The notes: generated from the sequence alone by a model not told the origin. Shown: positions 1 through 13,105, numbered from the stretch's first letter. The stretch: 64,000 nt of DNA from Marsupella aquatica (GCA_973895155.1 OZ316897.1:5287976-5351975), one strand, 5' to 3'. Translations and numbers: made by a program.

Positions 1-656
1 CGGGGTCGACCCCGGCTTACGGACTTTAAGCCTTTGTGTTACCGCCTTCAATCTGGATCCATTAGTACAAGTGCTCAACCCTGGCTTGCAACCCCGTACC
101 CGTAACCTGCACCCCGTGCACGCTTGGCATAACGTGTTCGGCCCAACATTGCATGATACTTGCACACGAGACTCATACATGCATTCATACATAAACATAA
201 ATCTCGATTTACATGAAGGAATTGAGGGGAAGGGATTTCATTCATATATGATCATACACTTACAATTGGGTGACCCGACACCTCGTGAATGAACGGGCCC
301 AAGGCCAAGGAGTATACACTACAAGCTTAGTCGTATACCCTCCCCTTGGCACTCCGGCACTTCACCAAGTTTGGGACCTCCTGCGCCTACCGCGAATGGC
401 CAACTTCTGAGTCTAAAATCCCCCCCGCGTGCCTCTACCGGGGGGCTGCTAAATACTAAGGGCTGAGGACCAGCGTGGCCTCGTGCCCAAATCTACGTTA
501 ACTTATATCCTTGCTAAGCTGGTTATGGCTTGTCCTATTAGTCTAACCTATTCTACACAGGCTGGCTAATGTGTCAACGCCGCTATCTTCTGGCCGGCAC
601 TTGTCCTAATAGCATGTTTTAGCTACTCCTAGTTCTATTCTAATCCTAATCCTCTG

Positions 657-3261
657 CTAATGCCTGGTACGCTTGCCAGAGCCATCCGAGTGGGAGCGGC
701 CATCCCGCTGCCTACAGAGTCTGTCGTTGTCCATCTTGAGGAGCTGGACTTGGTCTAGCAGAGATTCGTTCTCTCGCTTCGCCGCGTCCGTCTCCTCAGC
801 TGCCTCATGGCATGCCTCTTCCAGTTGCTGGACGTCACTCGTCAGCTTGTCCACCATCTGGGTCTGCTTCTCGGCTTCGGTTTGAAGCCGTGCTACTTTG
901 GCCTTTAGAGCGGCAATCTCCGTAGTGTCATGCTGGGCCTACTCATCGGCCTCCTCTAGGTCTTCTACCAGCTGATAGTTTGATTCTTCAAACTGTCAAT
1001 CTGGATCCAGAGCCGAGCAATCTCGGCCTCCTTCCCAGCTTTGGCCTGTTTGGCTAAGGCGGTAAGGGCGCGCGCATTTGCTAACAACCATCGGCGGCTG
1101 CAACCTTGGTTCGTAGTTGCAGAAGCTCAGCCTCTTGAGTCTCAATTTTGCCTTTTAGGTACACGGACTCAACCCGGTACCGCTCTATCCTCTGAAGGGC
1201 CTCCGACTGGGCCTGGCCCGCCTTTACTGCAGTAACCAACTCCTGGTTGAAGAAGTAGGCTACCTTTCGGGCCATGAACTCCTCGGTATCCCGGGCAATC
1301 TGTTGGGAGAAATCTCCCAACAGCCCGTTCAGAAATGTACTCGGTACAAAGAGTTTTGGGTGGTCTGGAGTTGGGCATGGGCAGACGTCAACTCGCGCGG
1401 GAGCTAGGGTAGTGACATCCATCCTTGGGAATGTAGTGTTGGAAGGGGTTGGAGCGTCCTCCTCCATCATCGTGTTGTCTTCTAGAATAGCAATCGTGGA
1501 TCTTCTAGACCCTCGGGCTCAGGCAAGGCCTCCACCGCCCCGACTTCTGCGCTCGGCCCGGCCTGGTTGATCGCATCTAAGGTTGCGATCACTGCCTCGT
1601 CTGGTACCTCTTCGGCCACGGTTATGGCTACTTGTGAAGGTGGGCCGCCGAACTTTGGGCCTTGGGTTGAGGCCGTCTCTCCAAGGCCGGGAAGACCCAC
1701 CTAGTCGGGACCAACTTAGTTTTGTTGGCTCGGGGAAGGGTTCGTCGATCAAACCGGGCGTACCACTCGAGAATGATCTCGATGTGGCTTGCAAAATATG
1801 CCTTCCTGCCAATGTACAGTGCCTTCCTCCGTGATTCCATCTCTTCATGGAACTTCTTAGCAAAGTACGATGCCCATTTCCTAGGCTGATAGTTCTTGAC
1901 CTGGATAACCTGGGCAGCGGAGATCTCGCCCCGGGGTTCCATCATGTGGAGGGCGTACCTTTGGAACTCCAGCCGCTCGGCTATCTTAGGGATGAGGCAG
2001 GTCCTCATCACAAACCCGTTGTCCACTGACCCTTCGGAGGGGAAACTGAAGGATTGGTACTTGGCTCCTTTGCCCCCGGAAGCCTGTGATTTGACTCGTT
2101 GATCTCCCTTGGGTAGCCCAAAGATCATCCTGAGCCGCTCCTCTATGAGGGACATATTCCTCCCCCCTACCCGAGTATGCTGATGGACGTTGTCATAATT
2201 CTTGCCAAACTCCGTCATGTCCTCCCCGTAGTACCTGCAGCTATTCCAGGGGAGAGAGGCGAGGTGCTTGAACCCCTGAGTCTTCAAGTACACCGCATGT
2301 TTGGGGTGGAGGATGTTCTTATGCACGTTATCCCCCATGCGGTGTACTATTACCTTGGCCGTGACTACCGTGGCCATGGTTAACCCGGATACAGCTGCGG
2401 GTTCCTTCCTTTTCTTTCCCCGAGACTGGCTCCTGTGATGGGTCGGAGAGGGTGACATCACCCCATCCTCCCGATCGGGTATGGGTAGTGCCACCGCCGT
2501 TAGTATTGGGGCCGGGGCGGCTACGGTCACCGTGTTGTCCACCGGAGCCGCTACTCGGGTTCAGGCCTGGGGAGGGGGCGATGTAGTGTCGGCTCCCTGG
2601 GTGCTCGCTCCCCTGGGCCGCCTGAGCAAGGGTGGGGTACCTCGTCGTCATCGATGAGGTCCACAGCATTGACGACATATCGCACCTGTATGGGCGGGGC
2701 GATTGGCGGTGGGGATCGGCTAGACTGAGGTGGAGCCTGAGCCCGAGTCAGTGTTGGTGCAGGTACGGGCACGGGCTCGGCTGGGCCGACACTGGTGGTT
2801 GATGGTATGGTTGCCATGAAGTTCTGCAGGTGCCGGTAGAGGTTTTCCGAAGCAAGTGTAGACGGCCTTGTCGACCGGGTAGTGTTGAACTCGCTATTGA
2901 TGCTGGCCTCGACCCGAGCAGGGATGTGGTCAAAGTGGTGCCACTGTAAGTTGATCGTGCCTGGGATAGTGAAGACCAAGTCCGGAAGCTGGAGCAATGT
3001 CTCCCAGAAGCCGATGTATTTGTCCCCGTCATAGAAGTACCCTGATATTTTTTTGAGTCGGTAAAGCTCGCTATGGGACGGGTAATCAAAGTTAAGGAGA
3101 TAGTGGTGGCGGCCTGCTAGGCGGATGGCTCTCTCATACTTGCGTTTAATTTCATATCGGCGCGGGTTGGTGTGTTTTAATGAGTCGGCCAAGTGCCCCC
3201 CGATAAACAGGAATTGTGTCCAGAATCGTATGGCCAAACTGGAAAGGATCGTGTGCGATAT
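657..3261 (-). pseudogene. Family II ORF (N-terminal domain, Athila-ORF/Transposase_32-like core, coiled coil), disrupted
   Basis: ORF pieces 2551-3237, 1628-2542, 1081-1470 and 657-857 are colinear with the copy at 28448-32652. The start is ATA at 3261 here and ATG at 28448 in the other copy. Confidence 0.8.
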
Positions 3262-3360
3262 TCAGAGGAGATAGAAGGCAACTAAGGATGGGCGAGAGAA
3301 TTAGGGTCGAAGCTAGCGTGTGGACTGAAGAACTGGTGCACTGCAAAGGATCGGCCACCT

Positions 3361-3367
3361 TTTTATA
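3361..3367 (-). promoter_or_regulatory. TATA box upstream of the family II ORF
   Basis: GGGTATAAAA lies ~100 nt upstream of the ORF start and is conserved in copy c at 28342-28348. Confidence 0.5.
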
Positions 3368-3724
3368 CCCTGAGAGCTTTCAGTTGCCCAACGCCTCGTC
3401 GTTGCTTATAGGCCGAGCCTTTCACGCTTGCTGTGTACCGGTCAGTCCGCCAGTCCGGGTCAATGCATGTCAGTGGCCGCCTCCCGGAGTTCATTGTACG
3501 GACCCGAGGGGGGGCTCATTACATGCTCGCAACCCGGGCGTGCAAATGGAAACCCGCCGCCAGCCCAAACGCGAATGCCCCTTATTGACTAATGATTTCC
3601 TACTCATAATGGCTACCTAAATACTATTGTTATGCTAATAATTGCAGCCTAAGATACCCCTAAGGCGCATGCCAAGCGTGGTTAGGCCGAATCACTCATT
3701 ACCCGTCGTACTGGCGGTGTCACA

Positions 3725-6700
3725 CTTTACCACAAGGAAACAAGACTAAGGTAGAGCAGTGGAAGACGTTACCGGATAATCAGTTTTGATCGTTTCTAGG
3801 GCCCTCCACTAAGAATGGGTCCTTTAGAAATCAATGCACTAATCCACATGTGGGGCAGTTGATTGATTTCTTAAGAGTAACACTATACTGTAAATTGCCG
3901 AGAGCAGAGATCGGCAAGGTCCAGGTATTTTTAGTGGAGAATATCGATTCAAGCTGTGATTACAATGGCTATCTTTTAATGTAGTTGAAGAATGCATTGA
4001 ATGAGGAGAAGCAGAGCATTGGGGAGGGAGCGGTATCCAGACTAGGGTACCATTTGCAATTACTATGTTGGTATGCCAGAAGCCAGTCTTTTGCACCAGT
4101 GTTGCCTCTACAGGAGCGGATGCCAATCACAGCACCAATAATAGAGGACGAGGAACACATGCACAAATGGAGGCAAGAGAAGAGGCCGGCAACACAAGGA
4201 AGGGAGAATTCCCCTATCACAGAGCCGGAGGTGGTAACGCTGGATGTGGTGAGGACTCCGTTGCGACGGCCTACTCGGAATAACCCATATGCAGGCATTT
4301 ACCTTGTAGAAAGGAAGATGACTGCCGAAGAGAGAAAGAAATGAGACAAGCAAATGGATTCGGAGTCAGAGGAAGGAAGCCAAGGCCGAAGCCAGGAGAG
4401 GCCGGTACTTAGAGCTTCTAGTCGGGTCCAAGTAGAGGAACCTGTGGAGGAGAGTCAACCAGTGGCAGCCAGGCAATACTCAGAGGAAGAGATTGGGGGC
4501 TTTGTAGAAGAGGCAGGCATGCTCGGTAGTCAGGTTAATGTGGATGACTACGATGAAAATTATGTTGATCATGGGGAGAGGCCGGTGTCAGGTGTTAGGA
4601 CATTGGGAAGGTTTTGTAGAAGACTTCCATCGGTCTTTTATGGCAGGCCGGAGGACCAAAAAACCCCCAAGTCTCCTCCACCGGATGTGGCACCAAGGGA
4701 TTTTGATCGAATGAAGGAGGCCGAGGCAGGACTGCAGGAGAAACTCAACGAGTGGGAGGCCCATAATGAAATGCAGGAACAACAACTACCAGGTGGAGAT
4801 TGACCTGAGGAAATAAAATGGCTTAGTGAGAAGCAGGCCAAGCCTCTCACTGACTTTGATCAGCTACGGGCAGAGGCTTGGGAGAAACGGCCTCAATGGC
4901 ACATGCCAGTATCACCTGGGAGGTCAAATTATGCGAGAGATTGGGCTAGGGAGTATGGAGACATGTGTGGACTGTTAGCCTTAGAAATTTTTGCCAATGA
5001 GTTAGAATCCGGACCATTTCTCGGAAAGGAAATGGCTGATCAAACAAGGCTGGAGGAGGCAATGTTTTTGGAGCGATTGAAGAAAGAGGAAGTAATTGCT
5101 TGGCTTTGCCAGATGGAGGCTGAAGCTGCTAAGACAAAGGTTGATCAGCAGGTCCAGCAAGATCTCTTGGCTAAAAAACAAGAATTGGAGGTGGCAAACA
5201 ACCAATTGGAAAACTACCAATTGGACAACCAGCAAAACAAGGAGAAATTGACAAAGGTACAGTTGGATTTAGCCGATTCAAAAGAAGAAGTACAGGGTGA
5301 AAGTGAGAAGGCCTTGGCAAAATCCTAGAGGAAGCACGACAAGCTAATCGACCGACTGGAGGCCATGCGGGAAAAGCATGAGGAGGCCACTTGTATAGCT
5401 GCCAATGACCACCTGAACCACGTCCAGCAGATATGTAAGGAGCTTCAGGAGGAGATAACCAAGACAAAGCAGGCATGGACGGCTAAGGTAACGAAGTTGG
5501 AAGCCATCAACGACTCACAGAAAGCAGCTTTAGATAAGGAGTTTGAGATCGTGCAGATCTTAAATGAGGAGCTAAAGACGGCTAAGGATGAGGTACTACG
5601 GCTTAACGCAGAAGTCGAGGACTTATCCCAGGAGTTGGAGGAGGCTAAGGATAAGATGATCGGGTTGCAGATGCGTGCGGACAATCAAACGGAGAAGTTG
5701 AGGAAGTATGCCAAACCAGGACAAGGGTCACCAACTGGACGACTTCCCGCTAGTTACATGGTAGCCAGAAATACTGCGGTGCCGAAGCCGACCTCAATGT
5801 TGTCAAAGGTAACTGGAGGAAAGGCAATGCAATTGGTAGCGGATCTGGCCAAAACATTCATGGGGCCGACAGGTAATTATGGTATACCCCTTAAGGCCAC
5901 GCCAGAAGAGGTCGAAAGCATGGCCGCTCACATTTGTGGTACTGTTGCTACGAAGGCAGCTGTGGTAGAGATAAGTAATGCCGATGAACTTGGAGTTGCG
6001 ATAATAGGTTCAAACACGGGTATGGCTACCATGGATTACCGGAATGTGAAGCCGTGGGGGATTGAGACCGAGCGCATTGGAGAGCAGGCTTGGATTGAGG
6101 AAGTGAAGGCCAATGCTATCCAAGCCGTTTCCCAGGAGGATGCTGCCAAGGTCGATGCCGCTAAACCAGAACCCAAAGCCGAAGTAAAGGAAGCCGAGGG
6201 GAGCAAGCCAAAGCCAGATGCAGGAGAAGGTGTAGAGTCGGAAGATTCGGGTTTACCTCCGGTCATCTGACAATTAAGGAGGGCCAGTCATCGGTTGGAA
6301 GGAGGATGTGGCGGAAGAAGAAGGGCTTGGGCCAGAAGGGCGCCACCATTGTAGGATGAGGATAGGGCAAGTAGCGCCCTATCGGCTTATGTAGTATTAG
6401 GAGTCTGGGTCCCTCAGGGTTCCGGTTTAGCCAAATTGCTTTTTGTTTTAGTTAATAAGCAGGATTATCACGGTGGAAGGCCGTGATTGAGTGGTTTAGA
6501 TTTTTGCAGATTCTTGAGGATGCGCTGCAAGGATAAAAACCTGGGCAGCGTGGCTCGGGGGATTTTTCTTAGTCAAGACTTTAGTGTAAAATCTGTATTA
6601 CTGTGAGCATAGGAAGCTCTCGGCTAAATCTAGACCGCGGATTATATGTAAACCACAAGTTCCCATGGATTTTTGTGCAATTGTTTGAATTGAGTTGGCC

Positions 6701-7184
6701 TTGTTGCCTAGTTTGCAGATTCTTGCCAACCATGAAGTTGTGTGTTGTGATACTTGTTGCTTGAGTCGATTTGAGTCAGATAGAGTGAATAGTGGAAGCA
6801 AATACGATCGCATTATCTTGATTGGAGACTGCCAAACCAAACTCTGAGAGAAAAGTGAGGATTGAGAGTGTTTTGTTGGTTAAAGAGTGGGTTGAGCCAG
6901 TCTGAGAAAAACCTTCAGCCGACTTAAGAGATTAAGCCGTAGAGGTACATTCCGGGGGCGGAATACAAAAATACCCGACCAAGTCAAAGGAGGAATTAGG
7001 TGTCTCAGCTATGCACGATTCACAAGTCCAATGAAAGAATCGGTCCAGCAAAGTGTGGATCGAAGGTTAGGCCATGTTTCCAAGCCGGATAGCTGCCAAA
7101 CTGCCAAAAGCCGGCCATAAGTCAGTGGTTTAAAGCCGGTTGCTGGTAGTTCTTGGGGTTAGAGGTGCTGGGAAACGCACCACA
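3725..7184 (+). mobile_element. Family I unit, copy a (diverged; 5' part displaced by the family II insertion)
   Basis: Protein similarity to 33996-37628 (GNKTKV, VSRLGYH, SPPPDVAP, EYGDMCG). The 3' terminus ..GAAACGCACCACA at 7184 matches the terminus at 33084 (reverse complement ..GGACGCACCACA). Confidence 0.8.
3727..6270 (+). pseudogene. Family I ORF remnant with several in-frame stops
   Basis: ORF pieces 3985-4344, 4354-4803, 4903-5328 and 5365-6270 share one frame and align with the 1210-aa ORF. Confidence 0.75.
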
Positions 7185-8030
7185 GGAGCCAACAACAATT
7201 AAGGAGAGCTACTCATTGATTGGAAGGAGGATGTCAGTGGCAGAAGGAGGAGGGCTTGGGCCAAAAGGGCGCAACCATTATAGAATAAGCCAGGACAAGT
7301 TGCGCCCTGTCACTTGATTAGGATAGTTCTAGTCTGGAATTAGGTTCCACCTGTACTTTGGCTTAGCTGTAAATTGAATTAGACTTAGGGAAATAAATTG
7401 GAATATCATGGTGTAAGTTCGTGATTGGATTGTTAGGACTCTCACGGATCATGTGGGCATCAACGTAGAAGGGATAAAAACCTTGGCAACATGGATGTTG
7501 GGGTTTTTTCTTAGTCGAGTCTTTAGTGTATCAATTACCTTGTGAGTTAAAGAAGCTCTCGGCTAAGTCTGGAACGCTGGATTGATGTAAACAACAAGTT
7601 ATCTTGAATCTTTGTGTGATTTCTTGAATTGAGTTGTCCTTTCTTGGCCTAGTTTGCAAGTCTTTGCCAATAGACCAAGAAACACTATGAGTTGTTTGAT
7701 ATATTTTGCTTGATCCATTTAAGTCCGAAGGAATGGAACTAGTGAGCAAACTAAGTGTGAATTGCATTGGCTTGATTGGAGATTGCCCGTGCACCCAACT
7801 CAAACAAAATGTGAGGCATTGAGAGTGTTTTGTCGGTGAAGTGTGGGTTGTGTAAGTCTAAGAAAGACCCTTAGCCGGCTTAAGTGATTAAGCTGAATAG
7901 GTACATTCCGGGGGCGGAATACAAAAATAACCATTCAATTATGTCAAGGAAAAAGTGCGAGGGCTCTGCACAACAGGGTTTCACAAGTCTAGTGAAAGAA
8001 TCGTTCCACCAAGTGTGTCTAAGGAGGGTT
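7185..8030 (+). mobile_element. Family I unit, copy b (3' remnant; host of copy a)
   Basis: 7196-8030 is a diverged direct copy of 6271-7070 (CAATTAAGGAG...GTACATTCCGGGGGCGGAATACAAAAATA...). It begins immediately after the terminus of copy a. Confidence 0.7.
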
Positions 8031-9793
8031 AGCAGCAGTTTTCAGACCTATAATTATACAGCTGAAGTGCTATTACCAAGGTGCAAATCAGTGATAGACA
8101 GTGGTTTGAGGGTTGGAAAATGTGCCACACACTCTAATCCTTGTTGCCAGTATTTTCTCTGGTCAGCTCCATGGGCAATATCTGGCTTGGTCTGCTCCTG
8201 ATTATGGCTGGGTATCATGTGCGTTCTCTCCTTTCACCTTTGGGCAGCCTGCCTTGGCTGATTGGAGGTTTTGAGGGGCAGGGTCTGGTGCATGGGATCT
8301 CGAATTGGGGTTCTGTTCCCATTTCTTTGGATGTTTTATATGGTCATTGGGACCTGGATTATCTGGCCATTGAGTATCTGTCCACCTTGGTCATAAATTG
8401 CTTCCTCCTTTTTGCTTGCAGTCTCCAAGCTTCAAATTCTTCGTCCTCTATGGTAATCTGTCTTGATAAATATTCTGAGGATGGCTCTGTCCACAATGGG
8501 TCTCCTTTGGGGAGGGGTTATTTTGCACATATTCTCAGAGGGTGATCTGCTGGGCTGTATCTGGGGCTGATGTGTGGAATTGGTCTACAGGTTCATGAGA
8601 ATATTATGTGGTGGATGTCAGCATGAGTATCTTGGCCTCTGCTCACCCATCTAGTTATCCGGTGGAGTTGACGAGCTAGGAGCTGTGGCTCCTATTATGG
8701 AGAAAGTCTCCCTTCTTTTCCCTCCTGTTCACATTTTTTTTCCCCTCTTGTTCACTGTCAATGTTGTGGCTGACTATTCACTTTCTGTGAGATTTCATAG
8801 ATTTTCCTTTAAAATATTTAAAAACTGTTAAAAAAAATATTGATACAAGACCTATCAATCTCCACTCAAGTGAGCTTCCATGCAGCCATGCCTCTCTGGA
8901 GCAGATCCTAGTTATTTTTAACAAGACCTGATTGAAAAACATATATTACACTGTCAAAAAAACAATTAGCTCACAACTGTGACGCCAAAGAAGAGAGACC
9001 CAATAAAAGGGATGCAACCTGGAGAAAACCAAAGGAATATGAAGAAACCAAAAGACTCATAATTCCGAAGGCTACCCAATTAGGGGATGCAACAAGTGAA
9101 ACCCACAAAGACTAAGGAGCCAAAAGGCCCAAGAGTCAATGAAGACCGTAAATGCAACAACTACACTATTTTCCTAGTTTGATTAAAGTTTGTGGCAATT
9201 ATTGAAGCCAGGTTGGACCTCCACATTTGCCAAAAAGGCTTGATAGATTTCTTGCAACCCGGGTGGACTGCACCAAAACCTTATTTCTGCTCAAATAGTA
9301 CAGAATACACAAAAAAGCCAGATGTGACAAGAAAAAGCGACAGACATCTGGAAAATAGATCCCTCAACTCATTGGAATTTGAGTCTGTCAGGTTTATTAG
9401 AAAAGAAATTCAAACCATTTCTAACCAATCCAAGATTGTATAATTCCATTTGATATTGAGGGAGTGATTAATTGTCATTGGAAAGATTTCCCAAATATTT
9501 TCTAACCAACCTAACAAAATAATACCTGGTTGGGATATAAAATGAGATGCTAAAACAAGTTACTAGAGGAAAATGTGGATAGTGACTAAGGAGTGATCTT
9601 TGCAAATTCATAGTTCTCTCAATTTTTCATGAAAACATATTTCATTAGCAAAAGTTTCAAAGTTTGGGGACACTTTTTGAAAAGGATAAGGGTATACTCG
9701 AGTGAAGGTATAAGATGACAGGGTCGATGGGGTCGGGCTCGTCGATGGGAGATCGCTTTCAAAATTTGCCACTAGTGAAAAAAGATTCATACA

Positions 9794-9920
9794 GGACCTG
9801 CCACTCTCTTCCAGTTCTTGTGATCCTAAGGGTTTCCTAGTCTTCATGACTACGGACGTGCCACTCTCTTCCTGTCCTTGGCTCCTAAGGGTTTCCTAGT
9901 CTTCATAACTACGGACCTGC
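9794..9920. repeat. ~60-bp tandem duplication
   Basis: GGAC(C/G)TGCCACTCTCTTCC...CCTAAGGGTTTCCTAGTCTTCAT(G/A)ACTAC occurs twice, followed by a partial third start. Confidence 0.85.
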
Positions 9921-10357
9921 TTGTCCTACAGTTCTTGCAATCAGAAAAGGAGCTCTTCAAATCAGATAACCCCTTCCCGGAATCATCAATTAACAACCTT
10001 GGAGTCGATGACACCTTCCCCAAACCATTAGAGCTACCTTCGAGTCCGAAAGTCTTCCAGGAATCATGAGAGCTCAATTGTAGTAAGTAGAGTGGATCAA
10101 CACATTATTATTAAAAGCTCTCTGGCTATCGTAATCACTGAATGGGTTCTAATCGTACAAAGTCCTCAGGCCAGCGCTTCGCGATGTGCGGGGATTGTCT
10201 GGCGAATCAGCTTGTCACAGTTCAGCCTTGACAATACCAAGCCTCCATACACTAAGCTTAACGTTAGCCCCTGTACAGGTTCTATCTTTACAGTTCATCG
10301 CGGCTCCTAGAAGGAAAACTCATCTGACGGAGGTTCTCCCAATCTCAGATTATCACT

Positions 10358-13105
10358 CTATGGTAACAAAGGCGCGTCACTGGTCACACTAGGTGCTGCA
10401 ACTCGGTCTACGGAAGCTTTCCGACGTGACCGAAAGTAGGGAGGGGAAGGGGAGAAGTCGAATGGGAGAGAAGGAAGAGCAGACTCACCTAGGAGGATCT
10501 TTACCACCTCCCCCATTGTGGGCCTCACGGCTGGCAATCTTTGCAGGCAAAGAAGAGCTACGGTTATACACAGCACAGCTTGCTCCTTTGAATATTGCCC
10601 CTGAAGCATGCCATCCACGAGATCCAACACATTACCAGATTGGGCCAAATGCCTGGCCCAACTGATGAGATTCGCCCTCTCGAACTCTACTATGGGAGAT
10701 GCCATGACTTGGAGTGGTCGCCGTCCTGAAATGATCACCAGCATGAGCACACCAAAGCTGTAAACATCACTCTTCTCGTTGAGAATGCCTCCTCCTCCGT
10801 ACTCTGGAGCAACATAGCAGATAGTACCTCGCATGCTAGGAGTGCTGCTCACTGCTGCTCTGCCCAGAAAATCTCCGCTGAACCAGTCTCTGCTACGGGA
10901 TTTTTCTCGCCTGCCGCTGTCCTTCTTCAACTGTCCACTATGCCTATTGGAATTAGTGCGGCTCAGCTCTCCGCTATGTTCCTCTCTCCACCACTCCCTA
11001 CTCCGAGTCTTTTCCCGCTTACTGCCTTCCCTGCTTAGGCTAAGCAGTGGACCACTTTTGGGTAGCTTGTTTTGGCCCAGTTCGCCACTCTTGTCGTCTC
11101 GCCACCACTCCCGGCTCTTGGTCTTTACAACCTTGGAACTAACTGAATCACGGCTCTTACTCTTAGCGTGCTCTCGCTTGCTCTTCCCCAAGTCACCACT
11201 GTTCTCCTCCTTCCACCACTCTCGCATCGTGTACTTGTCCTTTCCCCGTTTATCTTCCTTTTTCTTCCCCGTCAACTCGCCGCTGAACTCACCCCACCCA
11301 TCAGAGCCCAAGGAACTTCTCGAGCCATGTCTCTTGAGTTCCGCGAGTTTCTTCTTGTCGACTCGGAGGCTCTGAGAAAGTGGCGTGATATCCCCACTAC
11401 TCTCTTTCCCACCTCCCCAATCTTTACCACTGGGAGTCTTTCGCTTGCCCTCTGAAGCAATGGACTTCGACGGCGTCCAGTTGATGAAATCTTTAATCGT
11501 CAGCTCCCCGCTGTTGGTGTCCTGCCTCCACCACCAATCCCTGTTCCACAATCTTTTCGACTGAGAAGTCCCACTTCCGTGGTGTATCTCTTTGCCACTG
11601 CGTCCGCTCTCCACACTAACATCGTCCCTGTAGCCCTCGGAGGGACTGAGGGTGCTCCAACCCTCTGGCTCCGTCTCCTCTTTCACAGAAACATCCGGTA
11701 AGTTGGAAACAGCATCATCCACCTGCTTCGCTCCTTTAGATGCACTATCAGCTAGTGAGGTTTCATGCGTCTCATTTTTCTTCCCATCTGCAGGACTTCC
11801 AGACTCGGATTTGCCCGCTTCACTGGGAACTTTTTCTACAATGCTTGCCGGACTATTTGCTGTGTCTGTCACCGGGCTGTCTTGCCGAATAGAGGGAGAC
11901 GATTGCATTGTTGCGGGAGATGGAAGCATAGAGAGTGGCGATTGCGCTACGGAAGGACCGGATATGTCAATCTCTATCTGATGGGGCGAAGGTTCCTCAG
12001 TTACGGTGACGGGCGAACCGTGAGTCGTCGCGTAGCCGTCGGCTCTAGTGTCCTCTGGTACAATGGACTCATTCACAGAAGTGGCAGGACTTCCTCCCAC
12101 CTCAATACTCAAGCTCTTTAAGAAGTCGTTACTCTGTGGAGCTGGAATGACAAGAACGTCATCAATCCTGCCCAGAGGACTTTTCTCAAACGAACCCTCC
12201 TTGTCGAGGTTTCCACCAGCCTTCGCATCCTGACTCCCTGCCAAAGTCCCCACAGATCTTTTCCGTTCCGCATCCTCCCGTCTTTTCCTTGCCCTGCGCG
12301 CTCTCTCCTTTTCCATGCGTTCATACCTGATCCTCTCCCTCTCGATCTGCTCTCTCTCTATCTCCTCGCTGCGCGTGGTGGTCCCTGTTTCCTCCGACTT
12401 GAGTCTTGCTAAGCCAAAGTCGGCAATCCTAGCAGAGAAATGCTTGTCCAGCAAGATATTACTTGGCTTGACATCTCCATGAATGATAGGAGGATCACAC
12501 TTGTAGTGTAGAAAAGCTAAACCTCGAGCAGTGTCGAGGATAATTTTGAAACGAGTTTCCCAATCTAAAGAAGCGGCGTACATCTCATCAAAGAGAGCTT
12601 CTTGCAAGCTCCCGTTCTCCATATACTCATAAACAAGCAACCGTTTCTTGCCATCTACACAGTACCCCAAGAGACCAACAACATGGGGAGAGTTCACCTT
12701 GCCTATTACGGACACCTCGTTCTGGAACTCCCTCTCCCCTTGCAAGCTCGAGGTGTCCAGCTTCTTCACTGCTATGTCTTTCCCATTGCTGAGTGCACCC
12801 TTAAACACCACTCCAAAGCCCCCTTGCCCAAGTCTCTGCGTCGGACTAAAGTTGTCAGTGGCATTCTTCAGCTCTCTGTAAGAAAACTTCTGTAATTTCA
12901 CAGGACTCGGTTGAAAACGATTTCGTTTGGTAGATCTCAGCCACCGATAGAGTACCAACAAAAAAGCCACGACGAATAACGCGACACAAGCTGCACCTCC
13001 GATAGCCAAGCCAAGTACCAGACCCTGATTGCTCTTCGAAGGTTGGTGAGAAGGTGGCTGAGCAGAATTCTGTGAGATACTTTGAAGGAGCTGCCTAGTT
13101 GGCAT
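10358..13105 (-). CDS. Receptor-like Ser/Thr kinase, RLCK-XI type (At2g45590/At4g25390-like), single TM helix, kinase domain split by a large insert
   Basis: Uninterrupted ORF with TM segment GLVLGLAIGGAACVALFVVAFLLVLY, then GQGGFG, IAVKK, HGDVKPSNILL and DFG. After a ~515-aa insert come SSTPSMRGTICYVAPEY and KSDVYSFG. The ATG at 13105 (MPTR, family-typical) is preferred over the track's GTG at 13189. Confidence 0.93.
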   Translation of the reverse strand: MPTRQLLQSISQNSAQPPSHQPSKSNQGLVLGLAIGGAACVALFVVAFLLVLYRWLRSTKRNRFQPSPVKLQKFSYRELKNATDNFSPTQRLGQGGFGVVFKGALSNGKDIAVKKLDTSSLQGEREFQNEVSVIGKVNSPHVVGLLGYCVDGKKRLLVYEYMENGSLQEALFDEMYAASLDWETRFKIILDTARGLAFLHYKCDPPIIHGDVKPSNILLDKHFSARIADFGLARLKSEETGTTTRSEEIEREQIERERIRYERMEKERARRARKRREDAERKRSVGTLAGSQDAKAGGNLDKEGSFEKSPLGRIDDVLVIPAPQSNDFLKSLSIEVGGSPATSVNESIVPEDTRADGYATTHGSPVTVTEEPSPHQIEIDISGPSVAQSPLSMLPSPATMQSSPSIRQDSPVTDTANSPASIVEKVPSEAGKSESGSPADGKKNETHETSLADSASKGAKQVDDAVSNLPDVSVKEETEPEGWSTLSPSEGYRDDVSVESGRSGKEIHHGSGTSQSKRLWNRDWWWRQDTNSGELTIKDFINWTPSKSIASEGKRKTPSGKDWGGGKESSGDITPLSQSLRVDKKKLAELKRHGSRSSLGSDGWGEFSGELTGKKKEDKRGKDKYTMREWWKEENSGDLGKSKREHAKSKSRDSVSSKVVKTKSREWWRDDKSGELGQNKLPKSGPLLSLSREGSKREKTRSREWWREEHSGELSRTNSNRHSGQLKKDSGRREKSRSRDWFSGDFLGRAAVSSTPSMRGTICYVAPEYGGGGILNEKSDVYSFGVLMLVIISGRRPLQVMASPIVEFERANLISWARHLAQSGNVLDLVDGMLQGQYSKEQAVLCITVALLCLQRLPAVRPTMGEVVKILLGESALPSLPFDFSPSPPYFRSRRKASVDRVAAPSVTSDAPLLP

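Larger units (their letters stand above)
1..3724 (-). mobile_element. Family II TGT..ACA ORF-bearing unit, copy a (3' end runs off the window)
   Basis: The 5' terminus TGTGACAC reads from 3724 on the - strand and matches the start of the unit at 47098. It is colinear with 28119-29809/32075-33083/37749-38010 (+) and 23702-24999/19190-19338 (-). It interrupts a family I ORF at ..LPQGNKTKV. Confidence 0.85.

Noticed and set aside
6271-8030. Apparent ~900-bp tandem duplication or LTR pair
   Set aside because: Explained by one family I unit (ending ..GCACCACA at 7184) inserted just before the 3' region of an older family I unit.
8040-9200. Possible decayed LINE 3' ends with A-rich tails
   Set aside because: No convincing ORF motif or TSD could be established.
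10393-12895. Numerous + strand ORFs overlapping the kinase, and similar antisense ORFs over element genes
   Set aside because: They are shadow frames of real coding sequence with no independent motifs.
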